A DNA stretch of 64,000 bases, from the NCBI RefSeq assembly GCF_009914755.1, contig NC_060925.1; one strand, written 5' to 3'. A program made the translations under genes and the position numbers. Source of the stretch: the human T2T-CHM13v2.0 reference genome, Homo sapiens. Below the pieces are notes generated by a model. It was given only the letters and a program-made list of their open reading frames with translations, had not been told where the DNA came from and ran no database searches. Shown piece after piece: positions 12,039 through 23,592 of the stretch (positions are counted from its first letter, which is position 1; each line of letters starts with the position of its first letter).

Positions 12039-13552
12039 TGCATATCCTCCAAAACCTCACAGAGAACCCAGAGCCCCTCTACTCCCCAGCAACGGGATGC
12101 TCTGAGGTGTGATGCTTCTGGGCTCCTTCTCCATGGGATGTTCTGTCCCCTATTCAGCCAAAGACCCTGGCATCCCTGGCCTGAGTCCAGAGAGTCCCAC
12201 CCCATTCCTGACAAAGTCCAGGGAGCTGCAGGGATGCCTCCCAGCTCCACCTCTAGGGAAGTCGCTCATAGGACCTCCTGCCTAAAGGAATTTCTCCTCT
12301 CTGATCCCGTGTTCTTGCAGAGAGTTGGAAGCCAGACACCCTGTGGTGTCTGCTTACAATTAATGAAATGATTTCCAAGCACAGATTGCACGAACAACAA
12401 TATTGCTTCTTATAATAACATCTTCTACCAGGCTACGTTGCAATGCATCTGTTTGTGCCCACTGTTTAAATTGAACATACGCTTTTTAAAAATTCTATTT
12501 GCATTATCTTATCGAGCGATCATTCCCTGGAACATCATAAAACAAACATTAATTAGGACTCCAATTGGTGCAATCTCCTCAAAAGCTCTCAACCATACCA
12601 CAGGCCATTCCATCTTTGGGACTCTCATTTTAAGAAAGTCGGTAACTCTCAGAGCCAGTATCTCCAAGGCAGATCGCAAATGCTCTTCAGTGTCTTTGGT
12701 GAAGAGAGGACCGAGAGGATGGGTACCAAGGGTGCTGAGGAATGCCCAAATATATAGACAAGACCTGGCAATGGTTAAGAACAAAACCAGCCATGTGGCA
12801 AGAGTATGGGGCGCTTGGCCATGTGACCACCTCCACACACCTGCCACCTACTTCCCAGCCTAACACACCTATGGTCTTGTGCCCAGACCTCTGTCTGGAT
12901 TCAAAGAATACCCATTGTCCTGATACTCACAAGGTGATGTCTAGTCCCCTCAGCCAAGGGACACTGGAAGGAGCACAAGTTTGAGAGTCAGATAGCTGGA
13001 GACTTCTCTGACCATCTGTTTCTTCATCTGTAAGAGTAATCAGGAATTTCATGGAGCGACCACCTCAGCCTGGTTTGCCCAGCAGTTCCTGGCTCGCCTG
13101 TTTGCAGCCAGTTCTCCCAATACGTCTCAGCCCCCATAAATGACAACACAAAAATGGGGGCTAGCCCCCATAAATGACAACACAAATCCGCCAACTTCTC
13201 TGGAGTCTCTGGGAGTGCATCAGAGTCACTTGTTCAATGCCACTGAAGAATTCAGATAAACGCAAACGGACCATCTTCAGAGCGTGCTGCGGGGCACATT
13301 TCTTTGGCAGATGAGCTCATGTTGACCTGGGATCATTGTAAAGGATTGCTGAGGGCACAGCATGGGGGTGTTGGGGAGGGAAAATGACACCTGATCCCAA
13401 CCTGCCCCGAGGGTCAGACAGCACAGCCCAGGGGCAGCATGTGCGCCTGGGCCAGAAGAAAAGCCTCAGGTTTCCAGAAGACACCAAGGACAGTTAGGAG
13501 AACAGGGGTCCAGGCCCAGCAGCTCCTTTGCCCGTGGGTGATGCAATCCTAC

Positions 13553-13849
13553 TGAGACAGCCAGGTCTAAAGGGGTCCCCGGAGAACCTCCAACCAGCCT
13601 GTGTGCTGGGCAGAGTGCATGCCGTTTGCAGTGGGGAGCAGCCTGGCCTCTCCTGTTCGGGGTTTGTCACTGGAGATTCAATCTGTGAGGCGGGAAGCCA
13701 GCTAGCAGGACCCTTGCTTTGCTGGGACTCCCTGTTTCCTTTTTTTTCCTTTTCACCCAGTACATTCCATGTTTCTCACCCTTCAAAGTGTCTGCAAGCT
13801 AATCTTTCCTGGTGTGTGACAAGGACCCTAAGGGGAAAGCCCTACAACA
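13553..13849 (+). mobile_element. ERV1 solo LTR, MER61-like (copy 1)
   Basis: TGAGACAGCC...CCTACAACA termini; 4-bp flanks CTAC/CTAG. Family name recalled, not verified. Confidence 0.75.
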
Positions 13850-14144
13850 CTAGGTGGACGGCTTTCATGGGGACTGGGGTCTGAGCTGAGAGGCCACTTT
13901 TCAGTGAATCTCCTGATATTTAAACCTAAACCTACCACTTTGGATGACCCTGGCCACACACTCCGCCCTTGCTTTCTTTACCCATGAGTCCCTACAAAAC
14001 CCGAGTTCTTTAAAATGTGTATTTTTACTTGAAGGATGCTTGGCTGTTCCGTGGATGCATTTCAGATAGGAGTGGGCGGTGGGGGGCTTTCTGCGGCCCC
14101 TCAGCCCTGCCTTCCTTCCCTGCTGCCTGTGCCTGGTGTCAGAG

Positions 14145-14481
14145 TGAGACAGCGAGTTTAAAGGAGCCCCCGGAGAACCTGTGACCGGCCTGCACACTGG
14201 GAGGAGCGCACACTGGGGTGGAACCTCCGGAAGTTCGAGCCATTTGCGACAGGAGGAGCCAAGCCCCTCCTCTTCCTGGGTAGCACCTGGGATTCAATCT
14301 GCGAGGCGGAACCAGCTAGCAGGACTCTGGCTTTGCTGAGACTCCCTCTTTCCCTTGTTTTTACTTTTTGCACAATAAATTCCATTTTTATCACCCTTTA
14401 ATGTGTCTGTGAGCCTAATATTTAACAGCTATGTGACAAGAACCTGGCTTTTACCTGAACTAAGGAGAAAGTCCTACAGCA
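14145..14481 (+). mobile_element. ERV1 solo LTR, MER61-like (copy 2)
   Basis: TGAGACAGC...CCTACAGCA termini; perfect TSD AGAG (14141-14144 and 14482-14485); AATAAA present; homologous to 13553-13849. Confidence 0.78.
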
Positions 14482-14528
14482 AGAGAACTATCTATAAGTC
14501 ATTCTCTCTCTCTCTCCCCACCCCCCCC

Positions 14529-15100
14529 ATTGACGAAAAGGGTCAAACTGTAAAATATTTGAAGAGATTTATTCTGAGCCAAATATAAGTGACCACGGCC
14601 TGTGACACAGCCCTCAGGAGGTCCTGGGAACAGGTGCCCAAGGTGGTCTGGGTGCTGCTTGGTTTTATACATTTTAGGGAGACATGAGACTTCAATCAAA
14701 TACATTTAAAAAAATACGTAGGTTTGGCCCAGAAAGGCGGGACAACTCAAAGCGGGGGCTTCCGGCTTATAGGTAGATTTTAAAATTTTCTGGTTGACAA
14801 TTAGTTGAGCTTCTCTAGAGAAACTCAATAGAAAGTAATGTCTAGGTTAAGATAAAGGCTTGAGAGATGCAAGTTGTTATTTGCAGAGGGAACCTTCAAG
14901 TACTAGGCTTCAGAGGGAATAGGCTGTAAAATGTTTCTTATCAGACTTAAAGTCTGTGTCGGTGTTCACGCCAGAGAGGTATCATGAGGCATGTTCAACC
15001 TCCACTTGCTGTCATGGCCTGAAACAGTCGCTCAGGTTAAATTTTATAAGAGCCCTGGCTAAGGAGGAAGTCCATTCAGATGGAATTTTATTTTATTTTA
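14529..15100 (-). mobile_element. MER4A-group ERV1 solo LTR
   Basis: TTGACGAAAAGGGTCAAACTGTAAAATATTTGAAGAGATTTATTCTGAGCCAAAT...CATGGCCTGAA...CCATTCAG is the reverse complement of a MER4A-type LTR. Confidence 0.8.
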
Positions 15101-15150
15101 TTCCTCTCTCTCTCTCTCTTCCTCATAAAGAGGCCTGTGTGAGTCTGGGC

Positions 15151-15262
15151 TAGAGCGGCCAACCATTACGATTTGCCTGGGACTAAGGGGTTTCCTGGCA
15201 TGTGGGACTGGCATTGCCAAAACCTAGATAATTCTCAGTGAACCAGCATGAAGGGTCACTGG
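15151..15262 (+). mobile_element. MER81-like hAT MITE
   Basis: GCCAACCATTACGATTTGCCTGGGACTAAGGGGTTTCCTGG...GGGACT...GGTCAC follows the MER81 layout. Confidence 0.65.
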
Positions 15263-17714
15263 CTTTAGGGACGGACTCCCAATAGGCCTTCAGGAAAACA
15301 GATCCAAGGGACATTAGCCCTTCATTAAACATGAGAAGAGAAATTTTGAGAGCTAGTTCTCTTGATATTTCTGGAAACAGAATAATTATAATAATATCTG
15401 TTTAATCACCTCTCAACTTGAAGGTCTAATGAAACTCCGGTGCAGAGCAGCTGAGCTCCCTCTGAAGGGCAGCTGGAAATGCCAGGAGGAAGCACAGATC
15501 ACCTGGAAGCCCTCAGGGTCACAGAAGCGGAGAAGCTGCTACGTCCCCTCTCCTCAAGGAAGCTCTGTAAATAAATCCTGGGAATGGATTGCAGTCAATG
15601 TGGAGCTCTCCACGTTGTGGAGCTGGAAGGAAAACAAATCTTAAACTTTCTCCTGCTAAGTTAAACATTTCATCCTTTTGTTTCTCAATCATCACTGTAC
15701 ATCTCTCCCAAGTTTACAAAATAATAATCATCATCATAATGCAATCCTTCTACCAAAGTCTTCCCCAGGTGGTGGGAAAATTACAAGTAGCCCCTTCCAC
15801 GTCACAACCACTTCTTAACACATCGCGCCCATCAGCTGAGTTATTTTCATTGCATTATACAGTTTTTTTAAAAAAAAAAAGAGAAGCTGTCACCAGATGG
15901 GTAATTGTCCTTGCATGTAATCCTGTCTCGGACAGAGCCAAGCGGCCCTCACTTCATTAAGTGCAAAGCCTCTGCCTGAGAAAATCAATCGCAGCCTAAA
16001 TCAGAAAGACAAAAATCAATCCCGGCTATGCATTCCAGGCCTCTGCGCACAGGAGTGCATTCAGGGGACCCCAGGGCTGACTTCAGAGGGGCCCAGCCCT
16101 GCATCCACCAGGGGCCAAGAGTATGGGCACATGCAGGAAGCAGAGGGCCAGGACAGGGCTTTTAAAAATCAAATCAGCAAAAGCCACGCTAAAGGAAGGG
16201 GAACCATGTGGTGCCCTTCAAGTAGAACGTGAAAGGCATAAGGCAACATCCATTTACTCAGACATTTATTAAGCAACTACTATAGCCTAACCCAGGAAAA
16301 GCCCAGGGATTCAAGCTAAACAATCCAGTGTCTGTCTTCTAGTTCTCTAGGGGCTTTCAGTGCAGTGGGGAATACAAGCCTGTGGGGACTAAACTTGGCC
16401 TGAGCAGGGTTGGGAAATGCAGAGGGCCTCATGGTTGGGGGTGGAGGGAAGGGGCAATTTGATTTGGGTCTTGAAAAATGAATAGGAGTTGGCTAGAAAA
16501 AATGTTTGCCTTAATAAGGGGCAATGTAGCAAGGAAGGACTAAATCCCTTTATTGTATGATGCCTGACAAGTTTGCGTTCCCCTGAGCTGACACGGAAAA
16601 CACTGTGGCCAAAACCTAGTTGTCTTCTCTAGAGAGCTCTTAAAGTCGGACTGTTTTCCTACCTCGGGAAAGTGACTCAGTCAAACCAGAAAGAAGCATG
16701 AAAGTCCCCTTTACATATTTCCCTTCATCCTTGAGTTGAAATGAGCCGAGTGGCTGGCTCTGGCCTCTTCTCTTCTGGATGCTGCTTGATGAACCCCAAA
16801 AGTCCTGGGGCCCCGGTCCTAGTGGTGGTTTCATTCCCCCCTCCCCATTTCTCTACTTCCCTAAACTAAGTGCCTCTGGGAAATTCATCCCTTCACTCAT
16901 TCTTATTTTGGGCAACATTCCCTGAGTACCCGGTGCTTTGACAGGCGCTAAGGATACAGACCCTCAGGAGAGACCTGCAGGAGCCCAACCATTCAGCAGG
17001 CACAGGGGAAGGAGACCCGGTGCGTCCCAGGGGCATGGGGCAGGCTTTCCCCAAAGGTGACTCCTGAGGTCTTTCCTGAGTCTGGGCTTGCCTGGGTAGG
17101 TGCGGGTGGTGGGCAGGGCATTCAAGGCAGGTTTCTGACACCTGGCAAGGCTTACACCCAGGCCCGTAACGCAGTGCCCACCACATCATCTCCATTTTTC
17201 CGTTTCATCCCTGAGGCGCCCCTGAGAGATGAACAGCAGGGGCATTTCACGAATAAAGACACTGGCTTAGAAAAGTCAAGTACTTTTTCCAGACCTACCC
17301 CATGTTGGCAAAGTCAGGACGGACACCAGAGGCAGGTGCACCTCCGGGGAATGAAGAGGAGCAGTGGGAACAGGCGGGGACCAGGGATGGGAGGACCAAC
17401 ACTGACTGAGCCTCCGCGATCTCCACCGGGGACAGCATCCTCATTCCCAGATGGCCAGCTCCCATCCACCCTCACACCCAGAGCCTGGATCTGCTCTGCT
17501 CGCCTCTGAAAGTGGCACTCCTGCCACTGGCTGCCAGGTTACACAGGCACGTACCCAGGCATCCCACAAACATTTTTTGGGCACCGACTCGGTGCTGGCT
17601 CTCTTCCAGGTCCCAGGGTCACAGAAAGGGACTTGCACACTGATGGCGCTGATGGATCCAGCCCCGGCCTCTCAGTGTGGGGTCCCTGAGCCAGCACAGG
17701 CATCAGCCAGGAAT

Positions 17715-17830
17715 GTATGTTAATTAGCTTGCCTTAGTCATCCCGCAGTAGATGCATATAGCAGAGCGTCATGTTGTACGCCATAAATATATACAATGTT
17801 TATTTGTTGATTTAAAAAATAAAGAAAACA
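17715..17830 (+). mobile_element. L1MA 3' terminal fragment
   Basis: CATGTTGTACGCCATAAATATATACAAT...TTTAAAAAATAAAG. Confidence 0.65.
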
Positions 17831-19277
17831 AGTAGTATTGTAAAAAGAAAATGCAGAATCCTTGTCAAACAGTTCCAGTCACTGAAAGGAAACAGCTTAT
17901 AATGTGTGTTGAAGAAAGTGTGTTTCCATTTGCGTTTTAAAGCTCTATATGTAAACCTGTTTAATATGAACCAATGCAGAAAGAAACGTGTTGTAAAAAC
18001 GCATTCTCAACATTTGTTCCCAAAGGTGTTCCTCTGTAAAATCCTTCCCACTGAAATAAAACAGCTTCTGTGCACATTTAAGGGAAAAAGAGGGGAGCGC
18101 TCAGTGCTTCCTGCACTGGGAACCTTTAATAACCAGTGGACCAAACCCGGTCCTCCCAGGGTCTCACTCCTGCTGAGGAAATTCACACCCAAGAAACAGT
18201 TAAGTCAGTTAAGTCGTGGTAAAGACTGTGGGGCGCTAACAAATGCAGATGACCGTAAGAAAAGGAAGCAGAAAGGGCTGTTCTGCAAGCTCCCAGGTTA
18301 TGGGCTGTTCTGATTGTCAAGCTGGAGAAAGTGTAATTAGCAGCAGCATACAGCTCCTCGTGCTAAATGGAGACTTGAACCTGGGTCTTTGAGTCCCCAA
18401 ACCTGCACCCTTCCAGCTTCACAGCAGCAAAGGACCTGAGCACATTTCATTGGATGATGTGTGCCCATCCTCCTGCTCTGCCCCTTCCCAGGAGAACATC
18501 AGCTCTGAGGGCTGGGACTGTGTGCTCCGCTTACTGCCGTATCTCCACAGACCATAGCAGGCACTCATCAAATACATGTCAAATACACAAATAGACAAGA
18601 TAGCAAAGCAGCCAGAGGTGACGTCATCACCTCAGCGAAGCTCAAGCCCCATCTACAGGCAGATGCAGATGCCCGTGGAGGAAGCAGTGGGGGTGACCAG
18701 CAGGGTCACGTCGGGCCACTGGCTTGAACTTGATTTCTGTCTCCTGCTCTCTTTGCTAAATGGGAAAACAAAATGCCCTGCTCACTTGGCAGGGAAAGTC
18801 CTTATGGTGTGAATTGACTCACCCTATCAAGAGGCATAAATGGGTTAGGATGAATAATGAATGGTCAATACCTGGACTTGGCGTGAAAAGCACATCATCA
18901 AGTCTGCATGGCCTGGTGACAAGGACAGCCCTGCCTCTTCCCCGGGTCCCGATCCCTAGGAAGCCAACCCCAGTGGGAAGTTATTTGCCTGTCTGGGGTA
19001 ATTAGCAGCAGAGGCAGACGGAGCCACGCAGTCAGGCGTGGCCCTCTTTCCAGCTTGCTGTGTTCTCCTGTGGCAGATGGCCACACTCCTGGGCTTCAGT
19101 TTCCCTGTTTAAGTAGTTAGACTCACCCTCCCTTCCACCACTCATTTTGTTCTCTGTATAGAGGGACCCTGATGAAAGGAACGTCCCTGACCTCCGTTTT
19201 CCTTCTCAGGCTCCCCTGTCTCTCCAGGCAAAGGGGGAGTGACTCAGCTGATGGGTGAGTTTTAGTTTTAGTTTCTT

Positions 19278-19658
19278 TTTTTTTAATTAATTAATTAATT
19301 TATTTATTTATTTATTTATTATTATACTTTAAGTTTTAGGGTACATGTGCACAATATGCAGGTTAGTTACATATGTATACATGTGCCATGCTGGTGTGCT
19401 GCACCCACCAACTCGTCATCTAGCATTAGGTATATCTCCCAGTGCTATCCCTCCCCCCTCCCCCCACCCCACAACAGTCCCCAGAGTGTGATGTTCCCCT
19501 TCCTGTGTCCATGTGTTCTCATTGTTCAATTCCCACCTATGAGTGAGAATATGCGGTGTTTGGTTTTTTGTTCTTGCGATAGTTTACTGAGAATGATGAT
19601 TTCCAATTTCATCCATGTCCCTACAAAGGACATGAACTCATCATTTTTTATGGCTACA
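19278..19658 (-). mobile_element. Young 5'-truncated L1PA2/3-like element
   Basis: TTATTATACTTTAAGTTTTAGGGTACATGTGCACAA...; non-L1HS states TGATGTTCCCC and GTGTTCTC. TSD TTTAGTTTCTT at 19267-19277 and 19659-19669. Confidence 0.92.
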
Positions 19659-19736
19659 TTTAGTTTCTTACTGTCACTGAAACAAATGACTGCAAATGTC
19701 GCAGCTTAAGACAACACCAATTGATTGATTGATTGA

Positions 19737-19931
<195 letters not shown>

Positions 19932-20727
19932 TGACCCAGTGTCTGGGACATTAGAAAGTCCATCTGGCAGTACCTTGGTCATCTCCTTCCCAACAGCCTT
20001 GTCTAAAATGAAGACGATTGCCTTTTACGCTTTATTTATTTGATTCTTGTGTCCATTTGCCAAACTTGGGAGGGGAGGGTGTCCTATGTCAACCCACTGA
20101 AATTCTCATGGTGACGCCTGTTGCACTTCCAGGAACATAGGAAACACTAAGAATGGGATCTGGGAACACAGAAATGATAGAGATTGAGGTTTCTGGAGTC
20201 CTCTAAGCCCGTGGCTTGAGGCCCTGGCACCACCCCACTCTTGTGGGCTTCTAACTTTGTGAAAAGTCAATGGTGCTCTATGACCAGGGTTCCAGGGGCA
20301 CCTGGGTTTTCTGGGTGCAGCCTGGGAGGGCCATGCTAGGGCTGGGACCTGAGTGCAGTTGGGCTCTGCTGGATCTTGACCTTGGAGGGTCACTGCGGCT
20401 TATGGAGGCTTTAACCATAGGCTAGGGGCTATTTTGTAGCAAGGGCAGACCTTAGCAGTTCCAGGTGGAATAGCATGGTGAAGGCACAGCTTTGATGATA
20501 GCATCTGTGGGTATACAGATTTTAAGGCATTAGGTGATGAAACTTTTTTTTTTTTTTTTTGCTGCTTTTAACTGTGGTGCTCAGTCAGACTGGCAGGCGA
20601 GGGAGCCAGGATTTACAACTATAAAAGCGTCTGGTTTCTGCTGGCATCAGGAGCAGGCAAGAGGCTCCAGCTTCAAGCTATCAGAGCTGAGTCCGCAAGC
20701 AGGATTGAATCTGCCGGCCACTGTTGT

Positions 20728-20972
20728 TCCCCTCCCTTCCTCCTTCTCTCCCTCCTTCCTTCCCTCTTTCCTCTCTCCTTCCTCCCTTCCCTCCTTCCCT
20801 CCCTCCTTCTTTCTTTCCTTCCTTTCTTCCTGTTCTTCCTTCCCTCTCTCCTCCCTTCCCTCCTCCCTTCTCTCCCTCCTTCTTTCTTTCTTTCCTTCTT
20901 CCTTCTTTCATTTCCTTCCTTCCTTCCCTCTCTTCTTCCTTCCCTTTCTCCTTCTTTTCTCCTTCCTTCCTC
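20728..20972. repeat. Polypyrimidine (CCTT/CT)-rich low-complexity tract
   Basis: About 245 bp that is almost entirely C/T on the plus strand. Confidence 0.95.
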
Positions 20973-21664
20973 CGCAGAAGACAGAACTGGCTAGAGGCCG
21001 ACTGAGACACCATAAGCGACCTTCCTAGGAAGAGGGTGGGGAGGAGACCCCCCCCCTGCAAACCCATGGTCTGGGAAGACAGTGACTGCATGGCGGAGCC
21101 CGCACCTTCTGTTTCTGGGAACCAGGTTTGCTCAGAGGGACCCAGGAGGCAAGGGGGTGGCCTGAGAACACGTCTCAGAATTACTCTCAGAAGAGCAGCT
21201 GGGCTGTGAGGAAGGCAAAAGAAGCAAGACATGGATTCCAGATGCAGAGCAGAGGCATTTCCTCTCCAGGAAGGTGGAGATCTCAGAAAATGTACCAGGC
21301 AGACGCAACGGGGAAACTGAGGCTCTGGAGGCCTATCTGCTCTTAAAGAAGCAGGGAAATGGACAATGCAAGGCCCAAGCATATTAAACCGGTATTAAAG
21401 AGGAAAGTTGAATTCAGGTCAAAGAGCTCCAAGGGACAAGAGGAGGTGTCTTGGTTCCTACCGATTGGAGAAGTCGAATCACAGAGGGTGAAGGGCATGA
21501 CTCCCAGCAGGAGCGCGAGCCAGGACCTGTTTCAAGCTACAGGTGGGAGTTACAGCAAATGTGCCTGGGAGTCATTTCCTCTGAAGACAGTGGCAGCTGC
21601 AGGAGGCAGTCGCAGGAAATCTGGGCAGCTCACTGAGCAGAAGGCAAGGAGGTAACTTTCAGGT

Positions 21665-22082
21665 TGATGAAAGAAAAACTTCAGCCGAATTAAATTTAAA
21701 AGAGTCTAATCGAGCAAGGAATGAGTCCCGAATTGGGCAGCCCTCAGAATCACAGCAGACTCCAGGGGTGCCTCGTGGTCAGAACACATTTATAGACAAA
21801 AAAGGTAAAGTGACCTACAAGAATCGGAAGTGAGGTACAGAAACAGTGCGATTGGTCACAGCTCGGCGGGTGCCTTATTTGAACACAGTTTGAACGCGCA
21901 GCAGTCTATGAGTGGTTGAAGTATGGCGGCTGGGATTGGCCAACACTCAGCCATTAGTACAGGTGCATACTATTAAGTTGGGTTTTCAATTTTGTCTATT
22001 AAGCTAGGTGACAGTTCATCCACAAGGACTCAAATACAGAAGTATGGAGTTCTTCTCAGGCTGTATTTGGTTTGCTTTAACA
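21665..22082 (-). mobile_element. MER57-like ERV1 solo LTR
   Basis: Reverse complement starts TGTTAAAGCAAACCAAATACAGCCTGAGAAG; perfect TSD AGGT at 21661-21664 and 22083-22086. Confidence 0.85.
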
Positions 22083-22214
22083 AGGTAGATATCCTCACCG
22101 TAAGTATTGGTGCAGCCAGGGTCTGATAGGGAAATTTAGGGATGGGGGCCTAGGGAGAAGTCCAGCAGAAGAGAAGCAGTGAGTCAGGGAGGGCCTGGGC
22201 ATACCTCTGTCGCA

Positions 22215-22427
22215 CAGCCTAGGTTCAAATCCTGGCTCTGTCACCTAGCGCTCTGCAGCCTTGGGCAAGACACTTCACCTCTCTGTACTTCAGTTTCTTC
22301 ACCAGTAAAAATGGGGCTGATGATGTTATTTGTGTTGCAAGACTGATTAAAAATTAGACAAGTTAGCATTTGCGAAGCCTGCAGGAAAACTCCTGGCATA
22401 CAGGCCATGCTAGGCAAGTGCTGGCAA
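22215..22427 (+). mobile_element. MIR
   Basis: GGTTCAAATCCTGGCTCTGTCAC...CCTTGGGCAAG...ACCTCTCTGTACTTCAGTTTC...TAAAAATGGGG. Confidence 0.85.
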
Positions 22428-22807
22428 ATAAACACACACAGAGGCCAGGCAGGATGATAACATATTGAGACCAGGCCTGTGGGGACAGCAGCCCAGGGGG
22501 ATTAGATGCGGGAGTTGGATTTCTAAATCTGCAAGGTGATGAGGAAAAGATTTGTTTAAACTCTGGTTTTGGCAGACTTAGGTCATATTGATTTTATATT
22601 TCTCACTCCTGGATAGAATCTAGAGGAAAATGTCAGAAAAACAAGGGCCTGATTTAGCAAACAAAGGAAGAAGCAAAAGAGGAGGCCCTGGGTGCCAGCA
22701 AACAGCCAAACTGTGCATGCCGTGCTGTAAAGCTAAGAAGTGGGTTAAAGGTTAGAAGTTTCCCGCACCATCCACAGGTGCGAGGAAGATTCCAGAGCTA
22801 CGCGAGT

Positions 22808-22996
22808 GCTGTGCTGTCCCACACAGAAGCAGGGAGCCTCCTGTGGCTACATCCGTTTACAAAGACATTAATTAAAATGAAATGTACAATGCAGTCCCTT
22901 CATCACACTAGCCACATTTCAAGTACTGCTGCTTAAAGCATTCGGCATCTCAGAGAATGTTCCCACCATTGCAGAAGTTTCCATAGGAAAGCACTA
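22808..22996 (-). mobile_element. MER3-like hAT-Charlie MITE
   Basis: CACACTAGCCACATTTCAAGT...CATTGCAGAAGTTTCCATAGGAAAGCAC. Confidence 0.6.
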
Positions 22997-23150
22997 TTGC
23001 AGCATATATGCAATCAGCCCTTTCCGCCCCACTCTGGTAGAAAAATGTGGCCAAGAGAAATGTGTTTTACAGAAAAACGCAAGCCTATGGGGGCAGGAAT
23101 TGTATCATTTTGTTGCTCATGGCTGTATATCCCAGGCCCAGGGCAGTACA

Positions 23151-23592
23151 AATGGTGGGCAGAATCATGGCCCTCAAAAATGTCCATGTCTTCGTTACCA
23201 GAGCCTGTGAACATGTGACCTTCCATGGCAAAAGGAACTTTGCAGATGTGATTAAGGATTTGGGGATGGGGCGGTTATCTTTGATTATCTGGGTAGGCCC
23301 AATGTCTTCACAATGGCACATAGGGAAGATGGAGGCCGGAGTGGGGGTCAAAGCTGTGATGATGGGACTGATGTTGGAGTGATGGGGGGGTCACAAATCA
23401 GGGATACAGGTGGCCCCTGGAAGCTGGAAAGGGCATGGAAATGGGTTTTCCCGTAAATCCTCCAGGAGGAACCAACCCTGCCTACTCTATGATTCTAGCC
23501 CATTTTGGACTTCTGGCCTCCAGAACTATGAGATAAGAAGTCCACATTACACTCGTGCTAACTTGTTACAGCAGCAACAGGGCACTCATACA
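23151..23592 (+). mobile_element. MLT1D-like solo LTR inserted in an L2 3' end
   Basis: GGGCAGAATCATGGCCCTCAAAAATGTCCATGTC...ATGGCAAAAGGAACTTTGCAGATGTGATTAAG; L2-like flanks ending in TGAATGAATG. Confidence 0.85.

Noticed and set aside
12509-12847. 112-aa protein-like minus-strand ORF
   Set aside because: No recognisable domain or exon structure; length is within chance expectation.
13553-14481. Mini-provirus (LTR-internal-LTR)
   Set aside because: Each LTR has its own TSD and the spacer shows no PBS or PPT.
20534-21382. 233-aa and 164-aa ORFs
   Set aside because: Translations of the CT-rich low-complexity tract.
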